From assembly GCA_965207445.1 (NCBI GenBank), contig CBDBLX010000002.1, positions 352,001 to 416,000 of the forward strand: 64,000 bases of DNA. Reading direction: 5' to 3'. The translations under genes and the position numbers were made by a program. The notes below the pieces were generated by a model. That model did not search any database, was not told the DNA's origin, and was given only the letters and a program-made list of their open reading frames with translations. Positions 1 to 11,423 of this stretch are shown piece after piece. Position 1 is the first letter of the stretch. Each line of letters begins with the position of its first letter. This DNA comes from Nitrosopumilus sp. GTDB taxonomy: Archaea; Thermoproteota; Nitrososphaeria; Nitrososphaerales; Nitrosopumilaceae.

Positions 1-150
1 ACATTTTTTACGTTTTATCACAACACCAAGACCGATCAATTTGTTGGTTTCTGGTGGAAACATATTATGTCCTTTGAGACAGTGACGCGTTTGAAGGTGT
101 CTACCAATGAAGATGATATGCCTGCTGCCAACATATCCTCAAACATACAG

Positions 151-399
151 TTATACCTCCTCTATAACTAGTGCCCCTTTTTCGTTTTTCCAAATCACAT
201 ATCTAGAATCTAAGAAATTCATTCGATAGGGTTGCATAGTCTCCATATTATTCAGGTTTATAATAAATCCCTCATCTTTGATCAGCACAATATCTGGTGG
301 GTTTACAAGAATGTCTGTTATGATCTTTGGCTTGGCAAGTATTGCAATGAGTGTAGACATCACCACTGAACTAATCTGAGATTGCGAGCCTAGACTCAT
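151..399 (-). CDS. hypothetical protein (82 aa)
   Basis: ATG-initiated ORF overlapping the stop of the upstream ORF by 4 nt (translational coupling); no motif recognised. Confidence 0.5.
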   Translation of the reverse strand: MSLGSQSQISSVVMSTLIAILAKPKIITDILVNPPDIVLIKDEGFIINLNNMETMQPYRMNFLDSRYVIWKNEKGALVIEEV

Positions 400-758
400 G
401 GCACAACACCGTCTAGTGCCTTGTGTAAATTGTCACGTATGTTTTGCAAGTTGTTCATGTTCTCATTTATTATGGTAAATTGTTTTTGGGTATCTTCAGG
501 TGATATGTATTGGGCAAGATCATTAATGTCGGTGAGCGCGGCTATTAAAGCAGATGCTTTTTTAGGCGGCAAAACGGTCAATATTTCTTTGGTTGCCTCT
601 TGTTTGGGCATATCCTCAAATGGCTTTATCTTTTTTTCATGCTCATTAAATATTCTATTTACTTGTTCCAATGCATCACAAATATCATCAAGAGTATCTC
701 TTAACACACCTCCTGCTACCAGCACTAGTGGTTGATCAGAAGAAACAGTTGCTGTCAA
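396..758 (-). CDS. hypothetical helical protein (120 aa)
   Basis: ORF with protein-like amphipathic composition, coupled to 151..399. Confidence 0.55.
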   Translation of the reverse strand: MTATVSSDQPLVLVAGGVLRDTLDDICDALEQVNRIFNEHEKKIKPFEDMPKQEATKEILTVLPPKKASALIAALTDINDLAQYISPEDTQKQFTIINENMNNLQNIRDNLHKALDGVVP

Positions 759-824
759 TGTATATCCCTCACTATTATTTTAATTTCTATGTATATTTGG
801 TTTACGAGTAGATGGAAAAGTAAA

Positions 825-1082
825 CTAAAAATTCATATAATTTTTGGTACAATCAAATTTTATGATAATATAATCATTTAAAACGACTCTTGTCAAATGT
901 AGCGCATATTCAATATTGAAACAAGAATGTGACCAAATACATGCATGTATCAATTCTTCAACAGGATTCATGTACGGATATCCCATTAAATACCACATCA
1001 ATATAATGTCCGGATGATTTTTGAAATATTTCTTATCTTCTTTGAGACGTGATGCTCTATCACACAAGCACCACATTTCCAA
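825..1082 (-). pseudogene. IS630-family transposase C-terminal remnant
   Basis: KYFKNHPDIILMWYLMGYPYMNPVEE resembles the IS630 LPxYSPxLNPIE motif; flanking DNA (~845-945) resembles the MITEs at 55818 and 61550. Confidence 0.55.
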
Positions 1083-1239
1083 TTTTTTGGTACATACTAT
1101 ATGCTCAAAAAATAAAGTTGTGTTTGCAGTGTTACAGGAATTATGAAATGATTTCCTAGTTGGTCATTGAACCCAATTGCTAAATCTGCGATGATTCTCA
1201 CTCCAAAATGAATAGTCCTAAAACGAGCATACGTGCATA

Positions 1240-1345
1240 ATAGTTTCATTAAAGATCCGATAGTTTTCTAATATTTTGTATTCATAATATGTGCTCAACT
1301 TTGAGATGAATATCAATCAAAATATCGGATCTTTAATCATATCAG
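1240..1345 (+). mobile_element. 106-bp MITE (IS630-related), copy 1
   Basis: Ends match the TIR of the IS630 at 8469-10132 (tttcattaaagatccgatagtttt); TA on both sides. Confidence 0.9.
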
Positions 1346-1353
1346 TATGCATA

Positions 1354-1459
1354 ATAATTTCATTAAAGATCCGATAGTTTTCTAATATTTTGTATTCATA
1401 ATATGTGCTCAACTTTGAGATGAATATCAATCAAAATATCGGATCTTTAATCATATCAG
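1354..1459 (+). mobile_element. 106-bp MITE (IS630-related), copy 2, tandem
   Basis: Near-identical to copy 1, separated by TAtgcaTA. Confidence 0.9.
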
Positions 1460-1579
1460 TATGCACTACTGCTTTTGACCAAAACTTACGTACCCTCTCA
1501 AAATCTCAAATATGTGTCATGATTCATAATTGCAAGCGTCTTTTTGTAATTATTAAATACATCATATCGACAATTTATC

Positions 1580-1885
1580 TTGTTGATGCTAACACCACGT
1601 GAAATTGACAAGATGTATGTATTTATCGCAGCTCAAATAGCAACACGACGCAAAGAACGCGGCCTAAAACTAAATCATCCTGAAGCAGTTGCAATTATCA
1701 CTGATCATATTTTAGAGGGGGCACGCGACGGCAAGACAGTCCCTGAGTTGATGAGCTCTGGCAGACATGTCTTGAGTAAAGATGATGTGCTGCCTCAAGT
1801 TCCAGATTTGATTCATTCTGTGCAGGTAGAGGCAACGTTTGAGGATGGCACAAAACTCGTGACTATACACGACCCGATAACTTGA
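1580..1885 (+). CDS. ureA: urease subunit gamma (likely start ATG 1586)
   Basis: [37 protein letters not shown] signatures. Confidence 0.97.
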   Translation: MLMLTPREIDKMYVFIAAQIATRRKERGLKLNHPEAVAIITDHILEGARDGKTVPELMSSGRHVLSKDDVLPQVPDLIHSVQVEATFEDGTKLVTIHDPIT

Positions 1886-1941
1886 TGAGGTTCTATTATA
1901 CATGATCACTATTAAAATATACCATAATGTGAGGAATAATA

Positions 1942-2316
1942 ATGATTGAAAAACCCGGCGAGTATATCATATCTGATGATGATGGTGACATTACAATAAA
2001 TAAAGATCGTAAAACTGTCACGATACATGTGACAAATACAGGCGATCGTCCCATTCAAGTCGGATCACACACACACTTTTTTGAGGCAAACAAGTATCTG
2101 TCATTTGCACGTTTGCAGGCATACGGTTACCATCTAAACATACTTGCAGGAACTTCTGTGAGATTTGAGCCTGGTGACTCTAGAACAGTTGAACTAGTAG
2201 AGTATGCAGGAAGTCGTATAGTATATGGATTTGGTGGGCTAGTCAATGGTCAATTAGAGCAAAAAAAGAGTGATGCATTACGTGTGGCATCTGAGAGGGG
2301 GTACAAGTCGAGTTGA
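1942..2316 (+). CDS. ureB: urease subunit beta
   Basis: [30 protein letters not shown] motifs. Confidence 0.97.
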   Translation: MIEKPGEYIISDDDGDITINKDRKTVTIHVTNTGDRPIQVGSHTHFFEANKYLSFARLQAYGYHLNILAGTSVRFEPGDSRTVELVEYAGSRIVYGFGGLVNGQLEQKKSDALRVASERGYKSS

Positions 2317-2383
2317 TTATATTGTTGTTGCAATATGTGCTTGCAAGTGTCATGTGTACTAGTAGTTGCAATGATAAATTGGC

Positions 2384-4120
2384 ATGGAGGAGGCTGCTAC
2401 ACATACAATGACTCTAAATGTGCCGCGCAAACGTTATGCTGAATTATATGGACCCACGACAGGTGACAAGATAAGACTCGCTGATACTGATTTAATCGTA
2501 GAGATTGAGCAAGATCTACTCGTGCACGGAGATGAGCTAGTATTTGGTGGTGGTAAGAGTGCTCGTGATGGACTAGGGCAGGCAAGTGGCATACACAGAA
2601 AAGATTCAATTGATCTATTAATCACAAATGCCATCATAATTGATCCCATACTAGGTATAATCAAGGCAGATATTGGCATCAAAGATGGTCTAGTTGCCTG
2701 TGTGGGAAATGCTGGCAATCCAAATATTATGAATGATATTGATATGATAGTATCATCACACACAGAAGTGATTGCAGGTGAGCATACCATATGCACACCA
2801 GGTACAATAGATACACACATACATTTTATCTCACCACAACAAGCAATCGATGCCATATGTAATGGCACCACTACCATGATAGGCGGTGGAACGGGACCGG
2901 CAGATGGAAGTAAGGCTACTACCTGCACGCCTGGTGAGTGGAATATACACCGCATGATCGAATCAATCGATCACTATCCACTCAACTTTGGATTTCTTTG
3001 CAAAGGAAACGACTCTCAGCAAGACTCATTATTTGAGCAAATAAAAGCAGGTGCCTGTGGACTCAAACTACACGAGGACTGGGGGACTACACCTGCTACA
3101 ATAGACTCTGCATTACGTGTGGCAGACAAAACTGACACACAGGTGGCAATACACACTGATACATTAAATGAGTGCGGCTTTGTAGATGATACCATCGATG
3201 CTATTGCCAAGAGGACCATCCATACATATCACACTGAGGGCGCCGGAGGGGGACACGCACCTGATATCATAAAGGTAGCAGGTGAGCCCAATATACTCCC
3301 ATCATCTACCAATCCTACTAGACCATATACCGTAAATACACTCTCTGAGCATTTGGATATGATGATGGTGTGTCACCATCTTGATTCATCTGTTCCAGAG
3401 GACTTGTCGTTTGCAGAATCTCGCATACGTGGGGAGACTATAGCAGCAGAAGATGTTTTGCATGATATGGGTGCCATTTCAATGATGTCCTCTGATAGCC
3501 AGGCGATGGGGCGAGTCGGTGAGGTCACTACTCGTAATTGGCAGACAGCAGACAAGATGAAGCGCACAGCTGGCAGATTACCCAACGAGACCGGATACAA
3601 TGATAATCTGCGTGTGAAACGATATCTTGCTAAAATTACGATAAATCCTGCCATTACACATGGTATATCCAAATATGTGGGATCAATTGAGCCTGGGAAA
3701 TTGGCTGATATTGTAGTGTGGAGTCCGCAATTTTTTGGAGTAAAGCCCAAGATGATCATTAAAGGTGGACTCATTGCATACTCACTTATGGGTGATCCTA
3801 ATGCTAGTATACCTACTACAGAGCCAGTATATTACAGACCAATGTTCGGGGCACTAGGTGGGGCCAAACACACGACATCTGTGACGTTTACATCACAGAT
3901 GGCAATTGATGATCACCTATCTGAGAAATTAAATGTCTCAAAAAAGTTGGTTCCAGTGTGTGGTTGTCGTGATATTGGCAAACGTGATTTATTGTATAAT
4001 GACATTACGCCTAACATTGAGGTTAATGCAGAGACATACGAGGTTTTAGTAGATGGTAAACTAGCAACTACAACGCCTGCTATGTCTCTCTCACTTGCAA
4101 GACTGTATAATTTGTACTGA
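2384..4120 (+). CDS. ureC: urease subunit alpha (possible start ATG 2408)
   Basis: [55 protein letters not shown]. Confidence 0.98.
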   Translation: MEEAATHTMTLNVPRKRYAELYGPTTGDKIRLADTDLIVEIEQDLLVHGDELVFGGGKSARDGLGQASGIHRKDSIDLLITNAIIIDPILGIIKADIGIKDGLVACVGNAGNPNIMNDIDMIVSSHTEVIAGEHTICTPGTIDTHIHFISPQQAIDAICNGTTTMIGGGTGPADGSKATTCTPGEWNIHRMIESIDHYPLNFGFLCKGNDSQQDSLFEQIKAGACGLKLHEDWGTTPATIDSALRVADKTDTQVAIHTDTLNECGFVDDTIDAIAKRTIHTYHTEGAGGGHAPDIIKVAGEPNILPSSTNPTRPYTVNTLSEHLDMMMVCHHLDSSVPEDLSFAESRIRGETIAAEDVLHDMGAISMMSSDSQAMGRVGEVTTRNWQTADKMKRTAGRLPNETGYNDNLRVKRYLAKITINPAITHGISKYVGSIEPGKLADIVVWSPQFFGVKPKMIIKGGLIAYSLMGDPNASIPTTEPVYYRPMFGALGGAKHTTSVTFTSQMAIDDHLSEKLNVSKKLVPVCGCRDIGKRDLLYNDITPNIEVNAETYEVLVDGKLATTTPAMSLSLARLYNLY

Positions 4121-4395
4121 TGAATAGTCGATGTCGACTATTTACCTTGGTTGGTATGTTTGAATGATGTATAATTCAAACAATGATCCAAAAATTTAAT
4201 ATTTTATGTTCATTTATTGTTCTTGATCCATATATTTGTCGTCGATAAAATTTTCGATTCTTTATTTGACATATGATGGTGTGTATGTTTGTTTGAGTTT
4301 GAGCATGCAATGCCCCCGATAATCGCATCAAATTTTTTGTATATAAAGCAAGAAACGTTTTGAAATGACTAGTACTAGTTTTACCAAATGGTGAC

Positions 4396-6597
4396 ATGGA
4401 ACGCAAGCAGCCATGTGCGACTAGTACTATATCTACTATAACTGCATCTGTTATTGCTCCAATAGAGTCAATTGCGTCGTATATAATACCTCAACGACAG
4501 ATGTTTTTGCCATTTTTAGCGGCAATGGTTGTAGTTGGTATGTTAGTTGCCATTGGTGTGCCAAATATTGCGTTTGGTGCTGGTGCCATTGCAGAAGGAT
4601 TTGCAATAGGTGATGTGTTAGATGAGGGCTGGGGCTGGTTTATTGTAGTTGGTCTTGGTGCTGTCTTTGCTGTTGTAATTACAATAGAGACAAAGGTCGA
4701 GGAGAGATACTTGGGAGTCTCTCAGACTTCAGAGTGGTTCAATACTGCTGGCAGGGTTATTAAAACAGGATTGACTGCTGCTGCCATTGTGTCGGCATGG
4801 ACGTGGGCGGCGACTCTTTTACAATCATCTACTGTAGCTTATCAGTATGGCGTAAGCGGTCCATTTTGGTATGCTGCTGGTGCATCTATTCAGGTTCTTC
4901 TCTTTGGTATTTTGGCAATAGAGCTCAAACGCAAAGCACCAAATGCGCATACATTTTTGGAGATCATACGAGCAAGGTATGGCGATGGTGCCCACCGCGT
5001 CTTTCTTGTCTTTGCATTGATGACAAACATGATAGTGACCGCCATGCTGCTACTTGGTGGTGCTGCTGTGGTTAATGGTTTGACTGGCATGGATATCTCA
5101 GTTGCAGCATTTCTGATACCGATTGGCGTGATGATATATACGCTGGTGGGTGGGCTAAAGGCGACATTTGTTGCAGATTACATGCATACTATCATTATAT
5201 TTATCGTGATACTTGTCTTTGTGGGTACTGTATACTTTGTCAGTCCCGTGACAGGTGGTGTTGAGGGCATGTACGAAAAGCTAGTAGAGGCCGCGCGTAT
5301 TAATCCTGTAGAAGGTAATGCGGCAGGTGCGTATCTGACCATGGCATCAATTGGTGGTCTGATATTTGGTGTCATAAATATCGTGGGTAATTTTGGTACC
5401 GTATTTGTAGACCAGGCGTACTGGCAGCGCGCAATTGCAGCTAGACCATCTTCGACTGTAAAAGGATTTTTGCTTGGTGGTGCATGTTGGTTTGCAATAC
5501 CATTTACACTTGCAACTACAATGGGACTCACCGCAGTAGCGCTAGGCGTTGATTTGACGCCTGAGCAGGTTCAGTTAGGACTTACCGTCCCGGCTGCGGC
5601 ATCTGTTTTAATGGGTGAGGTGGGTGCTGTTATGGTACTTACGATGTTATTTATGGCAGTGACTTCTGCTGGATCCGCAGAGTTGATTGCAGTCTCGTCG
5701 CTTGTCACATATGATGTGTATCGGACGTACAAGAATCCTAATGCTAGTGGCAAGCAGTTGCTAAAGGTGTCGCGCGCGACTATAGTTGGATTTGGTATAG
5801 GGATGGGTGGCTTGGCAGTTATACTGTTGAGTATGGGCCTGTCGTTAGGATTTGTATATCTGGCAATGGGCGTTCTGATAGGCTCTGCTGTGATTCCTAT
5901 TGCGCTGACGATAACGTGGAAGCGGACAAACAAGTATGCTGCTACTATTGGTGCGATCGCAGGGCTGGTTGTAGCACTAGGCACATGGGTAGGAGTTGCA
6001 GCATCTCTTCCGGAATTTGGCGGTGAGGTGTCATTGGCAAGTTTAGGACACAACTATTCTATGTTGTTTGGTAATATAGCAGGTATACTGACAGGTGGCG
6101 CCATTGCGGGATTGGGTAGTCTGGCAACAAGGACCAAATTTGACTGGCAATTGATGAAAGAGCGCATTAAACTAGTTGATATCAGTCAGGCTGAGATGGA
6201 TGCGTTGGATGATGATGAGAGGACTTTGCAAAAGGCATTCAAGTTTAGCCTAAAGGGTGGTGGGCTTATGACACTTGTGTTGATTATTGCGTGGCCCATG
6301 CCTCTGTTCTTTTCAGGATATGTCTTTGATATTGCATTTTATGGATTCTGGGTCGGCATAGCCGTGTCGTGGGTCAGCGTTGCAACCTTTTTTATAGTTG
6401 GATTGCCTATAATAGAAGCAAGGCATGGAATCGCACAAGTCGCACGTGGCAGGAGAGCAACGGCAGTTGCTACTGATACGGGTAGTAGTAGTGAAACGGC
6501 ATCGTCTAGTGATGATGATGACACTGATGACACTGATGACAAATCCCCTCCAAAACCTGACAATGATAATGATAATGCCGCTAAACCAGGAGCGTGA
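4396..6597 (+). CDS. DUR3-type sodium:solute symporter, urea transporter (start may be ATG 4501)
   Basis: SEWFNTAGR, VSAWTWAATLLQS, GPFWYAAGA, FGTVFVDQAYWQRAIAA; many TM helices; directly downstream of ureC. Confidence 0.93.
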   Translation: MERKQPCATSTISTITASVIAPIESIASYIIPQRQMFLPFLAAMVVVGMLVAIGVPNIAFGAGAIAEGFAIGDVLDEGWGWFIVVGLGAVFAVVITIETKVEERYLGVSQTSEWFNTAGRVIKTGLTAAAIVSAWTWAATLLQSSTVAYQYGVSGPFWYAAGASIQVLLFGILAIELKRKAPNAHTFLEIIRARYGDGAHRVFLVFALMTNMIVTAMLLLGGAAVVNGLTGMDISVAAFLIPIGVMIYTLVGGLKATFVADYMHTIIIFIVILVFVGTVYFVSPVTGGVEGMYEKLVEAARINPVEGNAAGAYLTMASIGGLIFGVINIVGNFGTVFVDQAYWQRAIAARPSSTVKGFLLGGACWFAIPFTLATTMGLTAVALGVDLTPEQVQLGLTVPAAASVLMGEVGAVMVLTMLFMAVTSAGSAELIAVSSLVTYDVYRTYKNPNASGKQLLKVSRATIVGFGIGMGGLAVILLSMGLSLGFVYLAMGVLIGSAVIPIALTITWKRTNKYAATIGAIAGLVVALGTWVGVAASLPEFGGEVSLASLGHNYSMLFGNIAGILTGGAIAGLGSLATRTKFDWQLMKERIKLVDISQAEMDALDDDERTLQKAFKFSLKGGGLMTLVLIIAWPMPLFFSGYVFDIAFYGFWVGIAVSWVSVATFFIVGLPIIEARHGIAQVARGRRATAVATDTGSSSETASSSDDDDTDDTDDKSPPKPDNDNDNAAKPGA

Positions 6598-6603
6598 CCA
6601 CCA

Positions 6604-7152
6604 ATGACACACTGCAGTGGATGTGGTATTACCCTTGGGTGGAAAAAGTACAAGTTTCAGAGAATGTGGCGTATTCCGGGGTATTATTGCAAGCCATGTA
6701 TGCTAGAACTAGGAAAAGAGTTTGACAAGCATGCTCGTATTGTCAGTCCCACTCGTCAGTGTGACTTTTGCAATGTAGAGTACTATTTTATGAGGCCCTA
6801 CAATAAAGGTGGCATACATCACAATTACTGCCATGTGTGCTATGAGGCAGTCACAAATGGTGCTGTTCCTGCTCCTACCACACACAACAAAAATACAAAA
6901 AGGCTACCAACTCCACCACAAAGAATACCAATTGTAATGATTATCTTTGCTGGCCTTGGTGGACTGATGATGCTACTTGGATTAGGATTTACCATGATGT
7001 CAACTGGTGAGGATGCAAACGTGACACATATCCTGTTTGGTGCAATAACTACTGCACTAGGATTTGTCTTGATTCGCAAGACCTTAAAGTCGCGCAGTCT
7101 GCTGTTGGGACAGGCACGAAATAATGCAGCAGCATCTCAGCAATCAAAGTGA
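6604..7152 (+). CDS. Cys-rich (four CxxC) protein with two C-terminal TM helices
   Basis: CSGC, CKPC, CDFC, CHVC then two hydrophobic segments; 6 nt after transporter stop. Confidence 0.8.
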   Translation: MTHCSGCGITLGWKKYKFQRMWRIPGYYCKPCMLELGKEFDKHARIVSPTRQCDFCNVEYYFMRPYNKGGIHHNYCHVCYEAVTNGAVPAPTTHNKNTKRLPTPPQRIPIVMIIFAGLGGLMMLLGLGFTMMSTGEDANVTHILFGAITTALGFVLIRKTLKSRSLLLGQARNNAAASQQSK

Positions 7153-8468
7153 CAATTTGGACTGAATCACTTTTGTGTAATTAATTATATACAAAAAGTG
7201 TACATACTTTTATCAATGATAATTCACTATTGTGGTAACTATTTTGCTTTTTGAAGTGCACATATAAGGTAAATGATCATGTGGATTTTTCCGATCATGA
7301 TGATCTCGGCATTGTATATTCATATATAATCAATTGGCAAGGATAGCGCGTAGTTGATTATAATACGCAGATGGACATTAATGATTCTGTAGTTTTAGCC
7401 AGGTTTGTATCCCTTGCACAGCATATCAAAAAAACTCTCGCCGCTGATCTTACCTGTTGCAAGCAGTGTGAATAATATTGAGTTGGCCTCCATACCACGA
7501 GACGTTCTGTTTCCACCACCATCATTTTTTATGGATACAAATACTCGATTAGTTCGTTCAACGTCATTATTGTCTGGTGGTATACCCTTTATGTGTAAAA
7601 AGGTGCTCATATGGTATCCTTCGCGTCTCCATCTCTTTTTGAATCTGTTTATTATGCCCTCTTTGTCACCGTCCCAGTCTTTTTCCTTTGTCCAATCATT
7701 GTTCATTAGTTGGCGCAGTTGGCTGTCCAAACAATATGAGGCCACTTGCCGTGTGTGAGGATCGTCTATTTCATCTGCTTTAAAGAATTGTTTGAATATT
7801 TGAACTAATGTGTTGAGAAATCGCAGTACTGCACCTTTTGGATTCACATAGTGGATGTCTTTTTTTGGCAGTCGAAGCTGATGTGACAAACACATCTGAT
7901 GTTGTACTCCAATGTGACCCCATGATGGATTAGAGTCATGTCGTACTAGTCCATTGTATTTTGGCAGGAATTTTTTGAGGGTGGATATTGTTTTGTTGTC
8001 AGTTATCTCTATTAGACAGCAGTCGTCTCCGAGCGCAATTAAACCGCACGCACGTTTTTTGTTTGCCCCAGGCCAGTCAAACTCATCACAGCCTAACTCG
8101 CTTTTGTTCAAAATTTTTTGTTTAATCTCATCGTGTTTTGGTTTTTGTGCTTTGGCATGTGATATCTTGTCACGATATGCCGCCGATGGGGAGATCTCAA
8201 CTTGCATGACATCTTTGCTGAATTCTGCAGTCTTTGCGTGTGATAGACCTTTCATGTTTAGTGTGACTGTGGTTGCAGAATGATTAGTTGAACGGCGTGC
8301 ATGAGGCCTTACGTTTGAAATGGGTTGCTGTACTTGCTTTTTGCATTTACTACACCAGCGACGTTTGATATCAAACTTGACATACTCTGTGATTGTTGTG
8401 ATAATTTGGACCACCCTGTCATACTCGTCTGTTATGGTCGATGAGAGTGGGTTTTTGCATTGTGGGTA

Positions 8469-10132
8469 GTGATTTCATTAAAGTTCCGATAGTTTTTAGA
8501 CATTCTTATAATCATATATTGGGAAATCAAGCAGGCCCCATGTTGTAATCCATACATGCTCCATGATTTTCCCATGGACATGGGGCATGCCAGCCATGTA
8601 TTTCGACGTGGTAAAGGGTATGTGCGCAGCCGTCCTGATCATAGTGCGATCTGTGCGTCGCACAGCCTCGCCCGGACCTCCTAGTTCGCGTAATATGCAG
8701 TTCATGCAGCCCGGAGTTCTGGTATTAACGCGTTGTTCTTTGCGTCCTGTATGGCATTGCGCATGTACTCTAGCAGCCTGACTGTACCAACCTCGCCGTT
8801 TTCCATCATGTGTAATATGGACTTTCGAATCTCTGGAAAACCACCCTTGTAGTATCTGCCTGCCAGTGAGCGCTTTATCTCGCGCCATTGGATCTCTATG
8901 GGATTGTGTTGAGGAGTGTATGGTGGCAAGTACCATAGTGCGACTTGTCCTCTTGTCTGTTCCAGATACTGCTTGATGTCTTTGGACTTGTGCGCAGATG
9001 CATTGTCACATATGACAAATACCTTACCGTACTTTTCTCGGAGCATCTCCAACAGTTTTATGACGTTTACAGTATTCGCACTGTCGCAAAAGTGCAGGTG
9101 GCACGTGTCGGCCCCGAGTGCACCCAGCATCTTCATGCTCGTTTTTGAAAAGTTGACCTTTACAGTCTCAGAGCCTCCTCGGAGATGTAGTCCGCGCGCG
9201 ACATACGGCGAGTTTGTGATTGCAGCGGCATCCATGCAGAACACCTCATAGCCGGCACGGGCGTGCGCCATGATGGCTCGTATTGTGTCGTGTACATAAT
9301 GCAGTTCTTCTAATGGACTGGCAGACTTGTGGTGGATTGGCCTGGGCATTCTTATTGAAAAGCCCATCCTGTGAGCTAGCGCCAGGGCTCCGGTCCACGT
9401 GTACTGGACGTCAAAAATGTTTACCAGATGCAATGCAAACAAGGCGGCAGTCCATGTCCCACGCTCAAAGCCGCACTGCATAGGCTCTCTACTCAGATCG
9501 GCCTTTGCCTGTTCTTGTTGTTCTTTTGTGAGTCTGCACGGCCTGCCGGGGCTCTTGCGGTCATACCTGCCCTCCAAGCCCTCTGATTGTAGTCTGTTGA
9601 GCCACTCAGATATGACGCTCTGGCTGCGTCCGAGCTGGGCGGCTATTGCAGACTCACTCTTGCCCTTTTTTCGCCCAACTGCAGCTTGCAGTCTGTCCCG
9701 GGACTTACCCGGAGGCTCTTTGCGGTAGGCGGCCTTTAGATCTTCCAGGGACACGTCGGGCATGAACCCATCCCCTCTTTCTACATAGGCTGTCTTCAAA
9801 AAATACGCACCTCGTCGATGCCGCAAGACGATCTGCCTGCAGAGTCGTTAAATATGGCATCGACGAGTACTAGTCGATGTACCATTTTTTTGTTTTTCAT
9901 CAAACACTAATGGCCACATCGCCTTTTGACACTCTAGGTCAAATTAATTCAACCAATTGATCAAAAATTACCAATACCTGCCACTGACATACACACCCAA
10001 TTCATCGTCTCTCTTCTGGCCACCACACGGTATCTGCTACACATAGTGCCAATTACGTCTATTTTTCCACTCCGTACCCGCCTGCCTAGCCGAAATCGCC
10101 TGTAAAAACTATCGGATCTTTAATGAAATCAC
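8469..10132 (-). mobile_element. IS630-family insertion sequence, apparently intact (1664 bp)
   Basis: 29-bp TIRs gtgatttcattaaag(t/a)tccgatagttttt with one mismatch; TA duplicated at 8467-8468 and 10133-10134. Confidence 0.95.
8702..9763 (-). CDS. IS630-family transposase (ATG 9763; ORF track extends to 9826)
   Basis: HTH, PGRP, FCMDAA, DNASAHKS, YLPPYTPQHNPIE DDE motifs; visibly GC-richer than host. Confidence 0.95.
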   Translation of the reverse strand: MPDVSLEDLKAAYRKEPPGKSRDRLQAAVGRKKGKSESAIAAQLGRSQSVISEWLNRLQSEGLEGRYDRKSPGRPCRLTKEQQEQAKADLSREPMQCGFERGTWTAALFALHLVNIFDVQYTWTGALALAHRMGFSIRMPRPIHHKSASPLEELHYVHDTIRAIMAHARAGYEVFCMDAAAITNSPYVARGLHLRGGSETVKVNFSKTSMKMLGALGADTCHLHFCDSANTVNVIKLLEMLREKYGKVFVICDNASAHKSKDIKQYLEQTRGQVALWYLPPYTPQHNPIEIQWREIKRSLAGRYYKGGFPEIRKSILHMMENGEVGTVRLLEYMRNAIQDAKNNALIPELRAA

Positions 10133-10907
10133 TATGGGCATGTAGTGCCATCTATCACCTCTGTTCTGGTTATGTCCACGGGGCGCGTAGTTTTGGTAGC
10201 TTTTTGCCCCTTTGGTCTGCCCCGTGGTTTATTTTCTCCTGGCGTTTTGTCAGGTTTATCACTAGCAGTGACTGCCTTGATGCCGTTTTTCTTGGCCCTT
10301 AGCTCTTTGTTGATCTTTTGATATTTTTTATTGTCCTTGGCCAATTCTTCATTTTGTGTCTTTAACGTGTTGACATCTTGTAGCATCTCAGACACCCCAT
10401 TGGACGTTATTTTTTTCTTTGAATCCGATGACTCTTGCAATATTTTGTCAATTCCGGTATTCTCCAACCACCACTTGCAACACTCGCAATCACTTTTGAG
10501 ACATGGTTTTTTTGCATGTTGTGTGTTTTTGTCACGAGGTTCTGAGCAGCACAACTATGTTCCCACCTCCTGCAAATAATTGACACTATTGCATTTCCAG
10601 TCACACTGATCGCTTAAATCAGATTTTTGCGATGATCTAATATCGTTCCTGTCTATCATTTTATTTGCACTTAATGATAGATGGAAGCGTTTTGATTTAA
10701 TACCCTCTGGATTAAATTATTAGAGTTTTTGATCAAATTTTTTAAACCAAAATTATCATAGTATATAATCATAAGAATTTAAGTGTCCACTTCAAAAAGC
10801 AAAATAGTTACCTATTGTGCATCATATGTGTTGTATATCATTCAGATTACACTAAATTATTTGCTGGTTATTATTCATAAAAATATAAATTGTATTATAT
10901 TTATATA

Positions 10908-11423
10908 CTATGATATTTTATTATTATTACTCCAAAAAGATCCATCTAAATGTGATTTTATTATTATTGTATCGAAATTCTTTTGAGATTTCGCAAGTAT
11001 TATGCGGCATCGTTTGTTGTCTATTTTAAAGCCAGATTTCAACTCTTGTGTAGTGTAATGGTTACCATATTTTTTAGCCTCCACTATAAAAAATACAGTA
11101 AACGGTCTCTGATATACTGATTTCAACATACAAGTTGATTTTTTATAGCTGTTTTGAAATTTGGTCACAATTGAGTTATAATTAAGATGGGCACTCTTTA
11201 ATTCAATTAAAAATATACAATTATTATAAAATATAATACAATCACACATTTTAAGAGTCACGTCGGATACCAACCTTTCTCCCTTAAGTATGACTATGCA
11301 CGAATCTTTTCGTATTTTTATCTCAACTCCATGTTCGCAACATTTGTCAAGCACGGCATGCCCATAGATTTTTTTGATCGTTTGGATTACTTTATTGGAA
11401 GATTGCTTACTACTTTTAACCAT
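10908..11423 (-). CDS. small putative PD-(D/E)xK-like nuclease, partner of ABC ATPase
   Basis: KMCDCIIF...FLIELKS pattern; overlaps 3' end of the ATPase gene. Confidence 0.6.
   Translation of the reverse strand: MVKSSKQSSNKVIQTIKKIYGHAVLDKCCEHGVEIKIRKDSCIVILKGERLVSDVTLKMCDCIIFYNNCIFLIELKSAHLNYNSIVTKFQNSYKKSTCMLKSVYQRPFTVFFIVEAKKYGNHYTTQELKSGFKIDNKRCRIILAKSQKNFDTIIIKSHLDGSFWSNNNKIS

Larger units (their letters stand above)
7395..10554 (-). pseudogene. IS66-family transposase interrupted by IS630 insertion
   Basis: N-part 10133-10554 (coiled coil, KPRGRPKGQK) and C-part 7395-8466 (CDEF, QMCLSHQLR, DNNDVERTNR) rejoin in frame as CPYPQCKNPL when 8469-10132 and one TA are removed; GGAGGTG upstream of the TTG start. 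Confidence 0.9.

Noticed and set aside
1240..1459. Tandem 114-nt period repeat as a CRISPR array; ORF 1405..1602
   Set aside because: No unique spacers; units are whole MITE copies found elsewhere; the ORF starts inside the MITE
8496..8936. 146-aa ORF in IS630 as a TnpB/Fanzor-like accessory nuclease
   Set aside because: Overlaps the transposase out of frame, no RuvC or zinc-finger motifs
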